Shown here: in pieces, positions 1-9,019 of the stretch | How the letters are laid out: each line of letters starts with the position of its first letter | Numbering within the stretch: the first letter of the stretch is position 1 | Origin: a virus | Direction: 5' to 3' (one strand) | DNA: 64,000 nucleotides | Virus record (IMG/VR): IMGVR_UViG_3300032093_000041 | Location: 32,001 to 96,000 of that record | Notes under the pieces: model-generated | What the model was told of the DNA's origin: nothing | Databases searched by the model: none | The model's input: the letters and a program-made list of their open reading frames with translations, nothing else | Made by a program: the position numbers and the translations under genes

Positions 1-1
1 T

Positions 2-925
2 GATGTTGAGCTTCTGTCCGACGGCTTTGCTGTGCCAAACATTGACTGGTATGGCGAGGGCGCATCAGATGCACTTGTCACGGCAATGGATGGGATTGCA
101 GAAAAGTTTGCTTTTGGCAGGAGTGCTAGGTCAACAGCAAAAAGAGCAAGAAAACTTGTAAAACCTTCTGTGTTTGACGGAGATGGTGACGGTTTCATGA
201 CCGGCCGAGACGGTAGGGACAATATTCCATACAAGCCAAGAATGCCAAGGACTGACGAGCCAATCGAGATACCTGAAGAAATCCCGGTCCCAGAACCAAC
301 TCGTATCCCTAAGCCAAATCCAGACAGAACGCCTTCTAGGCCAGCGCCGGCCCCAGCACCCTCTGTTCCTCAACCGCAGCGTCCTGCAGTCCCTGCTGGT
401 AGACGTGACATGATGCCACGAATGCCGCGTACCGATGAGCCAATCGAGATTCCGGAAGAGATACCAGTACCAGAGCCAACTCGTATTCCTAAACCAAATC
501 CGGACAGAACTCCATCTAGACCGACTCCAGCACCAGCCCCATCGGTTCCGCAGCCACAGCGCCCTGCGGTCCCAGCAGGACAGCGTCGCAGAGAAGAAAT
601 ACGTAAACAGATGATGGAGCTGCTCCGCCGCCAGTACATGGCTTCACGAGGCAAAGCAGACACGTATGCCGTCTATATGACTGTTTCGGAAAATCACGAC
701 ATCAATATAAAAAGTGCACAAAATGTCAATAGTCGTGACATTGACTCGTTGCTGCTTGAGATGCCAGTTGAGTACATCTACGAATTCAAGTCACTTATTG
801 ACCCCGTAGCGGACTATCATCGAATTAGTGTTGTCGCCGTGGACTCTGGTCTGAAAATATTCGAGGCTTCAAAGTTGACAGTGGCAGCACTGGACGCAAT
901 GAGCAACGTCGTTAGAGGCTGGTAG
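2..925 (+). CDS. 5'-truncated head-region protein with DxDxDG motif and duplicated 55-aa Pro-rich repeat
   Basis: Frame is open from position 2, so the real start lies upstream of the window. Contains FDGDGDG and two copies of PRMPRTDEPIEIPEE...PAVPAG. Confidence 0.75.
   Translation, partial: DVELLSDGFAVPNIDWYGEGASDALVTAMDGIAEKFAFGRSARSTAKRARKLVKPSVFDGDGDGFMTGRDGRDNIPYKPRMPRTDEPIEIPEEIPVPEPTRIPKPNPDRTPSRPAPAPAPSVPQPQRPAVPAGRRDMMPRMPRTDEPIEIPEEIPVPEPTRIPKPNPDRTPSRPTPAPAPSVPQPQRPAVPAGQRRREEIRKQMMELLRRQYMASRGKADTYAVYMTVSENHDINIKSAQNVNSRDIDSLLLEMPVEYIYEFKSLIDPVADYHRISVVAVDSGLKIFEASKLTVAALDAMSNVVRGW
236..580 (+). repeat. Two copies of a 165-nt (55-codon) repeat with 180-nt period
   Basis: Copies at 236-400 and 416-580 are 54/55 aa identical, with about 32 synonymous codon differences by hand count. 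Confidence 0.95.
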
Positions 926-927
926 AA

Positions 928-1131
928 ATGTCTTCCAGATTCTCTCGTCCGAAGAAGAACGTCAGCCAGAATAAACCGCAAATAGGTTATTCTAAACCTG
1001 TAGACAATCAAAAAAAATCGTACAAGTATCACTGCATGGTCACGGGCGATAAACGCGCTCTTCCTTGTGGAGGATGCGTCAACCCTAAAGGTTGTTTATC
1101 AAATTCGATGCAGTACAAGGAGATGAAGTAA
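928..1131 (+). CDS. Small Cys-rich hypothetical protein
   Basis: 67 aa with HCMVTG...PCGGCVNPKGC; stop overlaps the next start (TAATG). Confidence 0.7.
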   Translation: MSSRFSRPKKNVSQNKPQIGYSKPVDNQKKSYKYHCMVTGDKRALPCGGCVNPKGCLSNSMQYKEMK

Positions 1132-2582
1132 TGGCTGAGACACCAGTAGTAAAGCTTGACGCTGACGGTGAAGTGGTTCAGTGTGCCAAGGGCATGGACT
1201 CTGGCGAGTGTGGCTACACACCTGGAGCAAAGGTATGCGGTAAGTGCGGCGCTGTCGCACAGCAAATGAAGTCAGCTTCAATTGGAGGAATGATGGGCAT
1301 GGGTGGCGGACCTGCTGGCATGCCAGTCGCTACACCAATGCGCAAAAAGCCTCGCCCAATGGGTCCCCCAAGTCTTGACGACGAAGAGGACGATGACCTT
1401 GTTGGCATGGAAGGCATGGAAGAAGACGACATGATGGACGACGAAGACGACATGATGGATACCGAAGACGGCAAGATGATGGGTTACGACGACCTTGATG
1501 ATGATGAATCAGAAATGTACGTCCGCCGTGCGGCACCAAAGCGCAAGCGTAATGTTGTTGCCATGGAAGATGCTGACATGGAAGAAGACATGATGGAAGA
1601 AGAGGACGACATGGAAGACTCCATGATGGCCTCTCGCCAAAAGATGAGAAATCGTCGTCTTGGCAGCATGGGATACAAGTCATCCGAATTTGATAAAGAT
1701 GCATTCCTTTGCTCTTTCGACCGCAAGGTTTACCCAGGCGGTTCTCCTGTTTGTGATTCATGCCCTGGTGGATGTGTTCCAGAAGATGGAATGCCTTCTC
1801 TTCTTGAAGTTGAAGGAATGGCAGAAGACATGTTCAAGGGTAAAGTTCTTGACTCTGGCTACTCCGACGAAGCAGACCTATTTGTGGTTGACATTGAAAG
1901 AAAAGATGGCAAGCCAGTAGAGATTTTCTTCGATGGTTCATCTGGCGAAGTTATGGGATGGCACCTTTTGAACAGCGATTTAGTTGAAGTAAAGTCTGCG
2001 CTTGTAAATAAAGCAATGATTAGCTTTGGCGATGCTGCTGACATTGCGGTAAAGACAGTCACTGGTGACATCGTTGCTGTTGAACCAGACGTATTCGAAG
2101 GATACGACGTTTACGCAGTGGAGATTGACGGCATTAACGGCAAGTCCTACGACGTCTTCGTTTCACTCGATGGTGAAGTTCTTGGTTACGACGAGTACAC
2201 AATGGAAGAAGCAACAGAGATTGAAGCAGAAGCTGCCGAGATTGCTCTGAAGCGTGCTTACAGCGAGGACACTCGTAAGGCAATGTCAGACAAGGGTCAA
2301 GCCCTTCCTGATGGCTCTTACCCAATCGCCGACGAAGCTGACCTTCGCAACGCAATTCAGGCTTACGGCCGAGCAAAAGATAAAACAGCAGCCAAAGCGC
2401 ACATCATGAAGCGTGCAGTTGCTCTTGGTAAAGAAGACTTGATTCCAGTTTCATGGGTTTCAAAGGAAGACATTGAAAAAGCAAAGGCTGGAGAAAAGTC
2501 AGCAGATGACAATTTCTTATCAACGCTGATGGAATTTGAAATGCTCACCGTCGCCGAAGATACAGAAACAGAATCGGAGTAG
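1131..2582 (+). CDS. Head-associated/scaffold-like protein: Cys motifs, acidic tract, two PepSY-like domains, C-terminal DUF6582-like domain
   Basis: AAGGAG precedes ATG 1131. PepSY-like repeats ...KGKVLDSG...VEIFFDGSSGEVMG and ISFGDAADIA...YDVFVSLDGEVLG. ALPDGSYPIADEADLRNAIQAYGR resembles a phage head-protein domain. Confidence 0.7.
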   Translation: MAETPVVKLDADGEVVQCAKGMDSGECGYTPGAKVCGKCGAVAQQMKSASIGGMMGMGGGPAGMPVATPMRKKPRPMGPPSLDDEEDDDLVGMEGMEEDDMMDDEDDMMDTEDGKMMGYDDLDDDESEMYVRRAAPKRKRNVVAMEDADMEEDMMEEEDDMEDSMMASRQKMRNRRLGSMGYKSSEFDKDAFLCSFDRKVYPGGSPVCDSCPGGCVPEDGMPSLLEVEGMAEDMFKGKVLDSGYSDEADLFVVDIERKDGKPVEIFFDGSSGEVMGWHLLNSDLVEVKSALVNKAMISFGDAADIAVKTVTGDIVAVEPDVFEGYDVYAVEIDGINGKSYDVFVSLDGEVLGYDEYTMEEATEIEAEAAEIALKRAYSEDTRKAMSDKGQALPDGSYPIADEADLRNAIQAYGRAKDKTAAKAHIMKRAVALGKEDLIPVSWVSKEDIEKAKAGEKSADDNFLSTLMEFEMLTVAEDTETESE

Positions 2583-2584
2583 TA

Positions 2585-2836
2585 ATGAGAAAGCTTACGC
2601 CAGAGGAGCGCGAACAGCGCCGCGCAGGAAAAACAGAGACAGCACCTGTTGTTGAGGCACAAAAAATTGCCCCTATCGCAGAAGTTGAGCCTGATGCGGA
2701 AAAGGAAGAGGAAGCTCCCAAAAAGGAAAGCAAGCCTAAGAAAACGAAAGACGCAGCCGACGATGTTGACACACCAGCAAAACAAACAAAACCTGTCTTG
2801 TCTTTGTCACCGGAGCTTCCTAGGTCAGCTGAGTAA
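2585..2836 (+). CDS. Hypothetical charged protein
   Basis: 83-aa ORF directly after the previous stop, same strand. Confidence 0.6.
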   Translation: MRKLTPEEREQRRAGKTETAPVVEAQKIAPIAEVEPDAEKEEEAPKKESKPKKTKDAADDVDTPAKQTKPVLSLSPELPRSAE

Positions 2837-2856
2837 CAAGCACTGGTGGTACTCCA

Positions 2857-5800
2857 GTGCAGGATGATGTACTAAAAAACAAACTGCTAGGAATGGCATC
2901 TTCTAAAGATGCAAAACTAAGCACGGCTCCTTCTTCATCTTCTAAAAAAAATACAGACGATGAAGTCAAAAAAGAAGATAAACCAGAGAAGCCGTCTAAG
3001 GCTCAGTCTGAATACGAGCAGTTTTTAATTGACTGGGAGCCGTCAGACCCATTGCCGTTTTTCCCACCTGGAAAAATTATCAAGCTATGCCACCTAAGCA
3101 ATAACCCAATGGTTACTGGGTCGGACTATTACATAGACAACCCTGAAACAACTAAAAAAGCTTATAAACCTAATAAAAAAAGTATTGAAGAAGAGTTTTT
3201 AGAGGTTAAAAACCTTGGGCCAAAACTGAGTCGTGGTCTTTCTTCTCTTCTGGCAATGGTTGCTAGGTCTAGAGGGTTGTGGGTAGATGACAAAAATAAA
3301 TTGCGTTGTCCAGAAGGAACACCAGCTGCCAACCAATTTACAGACATAACCGGAAGTAACTGCTTTATACCTTCGCCGTCTGCCGCAGCGCAAAGTGGTG
3401 CTCGGGCAGCAAGAAGAGCATTTGGTACAGCAGAACAAATGGCAGCGGGCATGGGGCAACGTGTTGACCGCAGTCCATCTGGTCGCTCTAATGCTGCAGC
3501 AAGATATTCTCCTTCAGACTTGGCGATGCTTCAGGCAGGAATGGACATTGGCGGAAGAATGGCGATGCTAGGCGGAGCATCTCCAAGCTTGAGACAAACA
3601 CGAGGAACGGGAGGGGCATCCAAAACCGGTATGCCCATTTACTACATCGGCAAAAGAGAAGCGATAGCAAGAGGTAAGGACCTAACGCGCGCTGCGGCTG
3701 AATTAAAAAGACGATACTCGACAAGTGCGCAAGCTTCAGAGGCAATCGTTTACCCCCCTGGCTCACGGTTTGCAGGTCAACCAATTGGAGATGTTCTAAA
3801 TAAGGCTGACTTCATGAGGGCAATGGAAGAATTCATGCCCAATGTTGACCCCAATGAATTTTCTGAATACTTCGACAATGCAATTCCTGGTGTTTTGAGT
3901 CTTAACGACCGCAGAGCGTACGTGAGAATGTTCGAAGCTTTTTGGCAAGCAACAATTCAGCAGATGACCGAACAGCCAGACGCTTACAAAATCATCACAA
4001 CATTTGAGATGATGGATGACATTAACACTGCTGTAGAAATCCAGGTTGACCCGTTTTCCCCTAGTCCTCAAAGCGGAGGAAGACTGGCTGGTGTTGGTGC
4101 CATACAAATGGCTAGACAAGCTGGCCTTATGGCAGAAGGTGGCGCTCACGTAAGGTTCAAAATAAGCCCATTTGGCATGTGGCAGCAAGCCAATAATGTT
4201 GGGCGCAATATGGACAGCGACGGCTCTGGGTGGTGGGATAGCCGCGAGGGCAGGATGCATTACATCGCTGTTCATGAAACAGGCCACGTTGTCGACTTCT
4301 ATCAAAAACTGAAGGCTTTTGGATTAGACCCTAATGCTATGCAAAGATATACGGCTCCACAAAGAGTCGTTAACGTACCAGGTGCTGGTCCCTCTGTTCA
4401 GCAAGACAAATATAACGGCGCGTGGATAATTGACTGGTCACAAGTGTCGAATCCTATGAACAACCCGTTCATAGATGACATGATTCAAGCTGCTGCACGA
4501 CTAAAGGGCACCCAGTATACCGGTTCACGTTTTAGTGGCCGAAAAATAGACCTACAAGATGACATGAATGCTTTTTATGCAAACCTTGTTTGGGGCTTTC
4601 AAAACAACATAAACCACGACCCAAGCGACTTGCCACTTATGGCTGCGCTCGTTGGTGGCGCATATGCGACAGACTCCGGTGTAGAGACAAGAGCTGAGTA
4701 TTTTGTCTATAGGCGTTTATTTGGAGAACTAAGAGGAGCGCAATCAGCAACACCTGGTTTCAACCCTTTCAAAGACCAATTGCAGAGCGGTCCATTTGAC
4801 GCGACTCCAAGCGATATTGACTTGCGAACAACTTCCGCTAGAAAGAATCAGAGCAACAACCTGCTCACTCATTTCTTGGATGCATGGGCAACACAGGAAA
4901 GACAGAGAGCGTTAGAGCCTGGTGGAGCTTTGTATCAAATCATTCAGCAATTACCACCAGGGCAAGCCATACCGCAAAGCATTATTGAAGACTTTGAAAG
5001 AAACGTTGCCGCGGATACGTTGGCAAGACTGAACAAACTGGGGCAGGATGTTTTTGGTGTAGCCCCAAATCAATGGAACATCAGTGGTCGAATGGGGAAC
5101 ATCCAAGGCCCTTCGAGCAGACCACCATCACTTCATGCTCAAAGAGTAAGAACTGCTGTTCGCTCCAACAACATACGCACTACACGTGGCAAAAAGCAAC
5201 CCAGCGTCAGCTATGGAATAAGTGGTCGGATGGGAAACCCAGACCCAGTAAAACCACAGCGTCCTCGCGAACCAGACAACGGACCATTTACTGGAAAATT
5301 CCTGGATGTACTCCGTGGTTCATCTACGTGGAAACAATTTGCAAAAAAATACCGCGACCAAGAAGTTGTTTTCTTTGATTATGAGACCACCGGGTTTGGT
5401 GATGACGGCAACATGCCAGTGCAAATTGGCGCAGTAAAAATGAAGAATGGGAAAGTTGTTGAGCGTTTCAATGTCTTTGTAAACCCTGGAATACCGCTGG
5501 GTGATTGGGCCAAGAAGAATCTTAAAGACGACAAGGGGCAACCATTGACTGATGAATGGCTTGCTTCAAAAGCATCACTAAAAGAATCTCACGAAAAGCT
5601 ATTAGAGTTTTTTGGTGAAGATGCTTTACTGGGAGGTCAATACACTCCATTCGACCTAGAAGTTTTAGAACGAATACTTGGGCAGGTTGGCCTGGAGTAC
5701 AAACCGGCTGGGGTTATCGACTCAAAGGCAATGGCCGACGAAATACTGCCACGATGGACACCGGAAAACCCAGATGGTCCAACAATGATTGACCCAAAAA

Positions 5801-8028
5801 CTGGTGCTAAAAAAGGTTCTAATAGCCTTGGTCCTTTAGCAGAATACTTGGAAGTTGACCTGGGAGATGGTTGGCACACAGCCGATGCTGACTCTGAAGC
5901 GTCAGCAATGATTATTGAAAGAATGCTAGATAGAGCCGCATCAAGGCCAGACACACCAAGACGCATACTCGACGTTGACCAAGTGCCGCTAATTGTTCAG
6001 GAGCGCCGTGCCCAGTACGACAGAGACATGGCGGATTACTCAAAGAAAAAAGCCGAATACGACCAGTTAATCTCAGGACGCATGGGTGCTTCCCAGTTCG
6101 AGACAGCAAACGGTTCTGTATATACGCGCCAGCAAGATGGAACATTCCGCAGAAAAAAGAGCGCAATGCTCGGAACCACAATCGAAGACACCGACATAGA
6201 GTCAACATATGACAACACAGTATTTGTCGACGCTGATGATGCTTATTTGATTATGGCGCAGGGTCAAAGAGGCGCAATCATCGATAAAGATGGGGACCTA
6301 GTTGGTAGGCGATACGACGACACAGATTTGGACAGTGCAAAGTTCATGTCATTCCGCCGCGAGGGAGACGACTTCGATACTGCATATAAAAAAGCAGGTG
6401 GCACGGTTCAGGAAGAAAAAATACCAGCAGTTCGTATCAGCAGAGAACCGCAGAGCGGTTTAAAGCCAATTGAGTGGAACAACAAAGACAACAAATTTCA
6501 TGTCGGTAGCCCTGTTTCTTCGATAACCATGGAGACAAGCCAGCAAATATCTGGCAGGATGGGAAATCCTCAACGAGCATCTTTGGCAAAAACAGTGCAG
6601 GTTAAAGAGATGCTTGCCTCGACGAAAAGCTCTGTTGGTGCAGCAATGTCGGATGAGTACATTGATTCCTGGCCTGAAATTGAATCAAAGCTAAATCAAA
6701 GCGAAATCCTTGCTCGTAAGCCATTGACTAAATCAGAAGCCCGTCAAAGGACTAGAAGTGGAATTCAATGGTTTGCTAAAGCATTGCAAGATGCAATAGG
6801 TGGAGAAGGTAGAGACCCACAGCAAACAGTTATGTCGCCGTACTTAAGAGGCGTTGAGCTTGACTTCATGGCACACATAGCAGAAATGTCTGAAGATGAA
6901 CTTGAGCAAGAAGTAATTGATGCCATATCAGAGTTTCACGCCGGAATAGACCCTCGCCCGCATATTCAGGTATGGCAAGGGGACTTGACGCGCATTATTC
7001 AGAATGGCTACAAGACAACCCATCAGGTCGATAGTGACCACAGCAATAGTCCAATGAGAAAAGTCTATGAAGCAGAAATAGGCATACACCCCGACGTCCC
7101 TGACACAATGAGGCCAGCTTCTGGTTATATAGTTCATACAGATTGGCTCAACGCAGAAGACAAAGCTGCAGCAGATTTGGTACAGCTAGTCCCCGGCGCT
7201 GACCCTGAAGTCAATTTACCTGAATTCACTTCCCGAGGAAATGCGGAAACAATGCGCGGTCCTGTTCATGTATACGGCGGAGCTGAAGTTATATTACGCC
7301 CAGAAACTAGCGGAAGAACTTTTTATGGATATGGTGATTCACTGAGAACTAGGTTTACCCCTGCCAGCGTCGAGTCGGTCGACCCAGACGAAGTTGCTCG
7401 GTCGATTATTTTTGGTGGAACAACACCGGTAGAAAATATGCTCGATTTGCTTCATGGGAAATGGAAGGGTGACTATTCTTCTAGGCGCTATGAAGCAAAC
7501 AGCCCATCAAAAGAGTATTATGAAGCCCTCGTTGTTGGGGGATTTGATGCTGCCGACATAGAGGAAGTAATAATCCCTTCTCCAGAGGTAATCCCTGTTG
7601 AGGTGCTTTTTGAGTCAGAATCGTTGCCTGGGCAAAGAAACGAAGACAGAATTGCAAGGGGATACGACACGGACGCAACCATACCTTCTTTTTCAAAAAT
7701 GAAAGAATCTCAGTATTGGGTTGACAACGCCGGTGTAAGCGCCGAAGATGCCGAAATTATAGCTAGAGAAATAGCCAATAAAAAATTATTGTCCGTTGGT
7801 TCTAATGTTAATTTAGCCCGACTCCTTGCGGCAGAAAAAATCCGCAAACAACTTGAGGCTGCTGGAGCAAAAATGACAGTCCGCAACGATACGGGCGTGG
7901 ACTTCTTTAACCCAGACAGCTGGATTCAGGACATGAAAGACAAGTCAATGGAAGACGTTGCGGAGGCGCGTATGCGGCAAAGAATCATGTGGTCAATCAA
8001 AGACCAGCTAGCTAAGGCGACAGCATGA
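2857..8028 (+). CDS. Giant modular protein A (1723 aa): zincin-like region, DEDDh exonuclease, unknown module, DUF3626-like module
   Basis: HETGH at 4273-4287. ExoI FFDYETTG, ExoII PFDLEVL, ExoIII HTADADS. C-terminal GYKTTHQ...RPASGYI...YGGAEVIL...GDSL...YYEALVVG. Four ISGRM linkers. Confidence 0.85.
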   Translation: MQDDVLKNKLLGMASSKDAKLSTAPSSSSKKNTDDEVKKEDKPEKPSKAQSEYEQFLIDWEPSDPLPFFPPGKIIKLCHLSNNPMVTGSDYYIDNPETTKKAYKPNKKSIEEEFLEVKNLGPKLSRGLSSLLAMVARSRGLWVDDKNKLRCPEGTPAANQFTDITGSNCFIPSPSAAAQSGARAARRAFGTAEQMAAGMGQRVDRSPSGRSNAAARYSPSDLAMLQAGMDIGGRMAMLGGASPSLRQTRGTGGASKTGMPIYYIGKREAIARGKDLTRAAAELKRRYSTSAQASEAIVYPPGSRFAGQPIGDVLNKADFMRAMEEFMPNVDPNEFSEYFDNAIPGVLSLNDRRAYVRMFEAFWQATIQQMTEQPDAYKIITTFEMMDDINTAVEIQVDPFSPSPQSGGRLAGVGAIQMARQAGLMAEGGAHVRFKISPFGMWQQANNVGRNMDSDGSGWWDSREGRMHYIAVHETGHVVDFYQKLKAFGLDPNAMQRYTAPQRVVNVPGAGPSVQQDKYNGAWIIDWSQVSNPMNNPFIDDMIQAAARLKGTQYTGSRFSGRKIDLQDDMNAFYANLVWGFQNNINHDPSDLPLMAALVGGAYATDSGVETRAEYFVYRRLFGELRGAQSATPGFNPFKDQLQSGPFDATPSDIDLRTTSARKNQSNNLLTHFLDAWATQERQRALEPGGALYQIIQQLPPGQAIPQSIIEDFERNVAADTLARLNKLGQDVFGVAPNQWNISGRMGNIQGPSSRPPSLHAQRVRTAVRSNNIRTTRGKKQPSVSYGISGRMGNPDPVKPQRPREPDNGPFTGKFLDVLRGSSTWKQFAKKYRDQEVVFFDYETTGFGDDGNMPVQIGAVKMKNGKVVERFNVFVNPGIPLGDWAKKNLKDDKGQPLTDEWLASKASLKESHEKLLEFFGEDALLGGQYTPFDLEVLERILGQVGLEYKPAGVIDSKAMADEILPRWTPENPDGPTMIDPKTGAKKGSNSLGPLAEYLEVDLGDGWHTADADSEASAMIIERMLDRAASRPDTPRRILDVDQVPLIVQERRAQYDRDMADYSKKKAEYDQLISGRMGASQFETANGSVYTRQQDGTFRRKKSAMLGTTIEDTDIESTYDNTVFVDADDAYLIMAQGQRGAIIDKDGDLVGRRYDDTDLDSAKFMSFRREGDDFDTAYKKAGGTVQEEKIPAVRISREPQSGLKPIEWNNKDNKFHVGSPVSSITMETSQQISGRMGNPQRASLAKTVQVKEMLASTKSSVGAAMSDEYIDSWPEIESKLNQSEILARKPLTKSEARQRTRSGIQWFAKALQDAIGGEGRDPQQTVMSPYLRGVELDFMAHIAEMSEDELEQEVIDAISEFHAGIDPRPHIQVWQGDLTRIIQNGYKTTHQVDSDHSNSPMRKVYEAEIGIHPDVPDTMRPASGYIVHTDWLNAEDKAAADLVQLVPGADPEVNLPEFTSRGNAETMRGPVHVYGGAEVILRPETSGRTFYGYGDSLRTRFTPASVESVDPDEVARSIIFGGTTPVENMLDLLHGKWKGDYSSRRYEANSPSKEYYEALVVGGFDAADIEEVIIPSPEVIPVEVLFESESLPGQRNEDRIARGYDTDATIPSFSKMKESQYWVDNAGVSAEDAEIIAREIANKKLLSVGSNVNLARLLAAEKIRKQLEAAGAKMTVRNDTGVDFFNPDSWIQDMKDKSMEDVAEARMRQRIMWSIKDQLAKATA

Positions 8029-8348
8029 AAAAGGTATTGGTTGGGAAAACTGGAGACGGAGGCAAGCTCTACTTTGTCATAGGCGGCAAGACAGACGGCA
8101 TTTATCAAACCAGAAACAGAATGACTGAAATCAGTTTTTGGGATTTTGTTGACAAAAGACCAGATTTAGAAGAACTAACAATAACCAAAACACAGAAAAT
8201 GCTCTGGTCAAGAAATGTCTCAAATGCGGAGTGGGTTTCCCGCTTTATGCCACCGCAATGGAGGGTTAGCGAGGATGAAAACCCATACAACCTCAAAGTG
8301 AGTCGCGCATTAGATACAATAAGAACTACGACAGATTATCTGTTCTAG
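8025..8348 (+). CDS. Small protein coupled to giant protein A
   Basis: ATGA overlap with the stop of 2857..8028; 107 aa. Confidence 0.7.
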   Translation: MKKVLVGKTGDGGKLYFVIGGKTDGIYQTRNRMTEISFWDFVDKRPDLEELTITKTQKMLWSRNVSNAEWVSRFMPPQWRVSEDENPYNLKVSRALDTIRTTTDYLF

Positions 8349-8374
8349 AATTAGCCCTGCCGCAAGGATACCTA

Positions 8375-9019
8375 GTGGATACTTTTGAGAAATTTCTCTC
8401 CAATAAAATTATAATTGTAGACGAAGAAAAGGCGGGCGGACCTGCCGGTGCTGTCATCCCCCAGGAAAGACTTACTGGCGACGTACTAAAAGGTCGGGGG
8501 CCCAGAAGGGGAAATCTCGAAAGACTCCTTAGATACTGGCGTCCAATAATGAAAAAACCGGGCGGCTTCAGGCGTTGTCGCGTAATCCTGGCAGACCATC
8601 CTGAGCTTTACCCACTGGAGAATATCTGCGCTTGGTTGCATCATGAAACAACGGGTCTATGGCCTAACGAGGGATGCCACCACCCCGGCATGAAGAACTG
8701 CAAAAAGAAGCTTAAAAAGGGCACCCAGGGCAGCCTTTGGACAGACAAAGACTTTGATGACAGGATGAGAAAACTTACATCTAGGGCGACCAGAAAGAGT
8801 CTACAATTTTCTGGTGTAGTAACCCCCGATGAGCCGTTTGCGCCAGTAATCACTAATGAAGATTACGACCATGCTTTTAAGGTTTTACAAGATTTCTTTG
8901 AAATGGAACCAGACTTTTGCAAAATGCTCATAGACGAATCCAGCTGGGAGCATACGCATGGTTTTGAAACTCCTAAAATTAAGATGGTCCCGGTAGATGA
9001 AGACAGTATCTCTTTCTGA
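8375..9019 (+). CDS. Hypothetical head-region protein with Cys/His motif
   Basis: LLRYWR...GGFRRC...NICAWLHHETTGLWP, a motif type I recall from actinophage head-region proteins. Confidence 0.7.
   Translation: MDTFEKFLSNKIIIVDEEKAGGPAGAVIPQERLTGDVLKGRGPRRGNLERLLRYWRPIMKKPGGFRRCRVILADHPELYPLENICAWLHHETTGLWPNEGCHHPGMKNCKKKLKKGTQGSLWTDKDFDDRMRKLTSRATRKSLQFSGVVTPDEPFAPVITNEDYDHAFKVLQDFFEMEPDFCKMLIDESSWEHTHGFETPKIKMVPVDEDSISF

Noticed and set aside
1092-1130. ORF-track start at 1092
   Set aside because: ATG 1131 has a well-spaced AAGGAG and overlaps the upstream stop. Similar over-extended starts were trimmed at 36328, 42483, 56773 and 58009.
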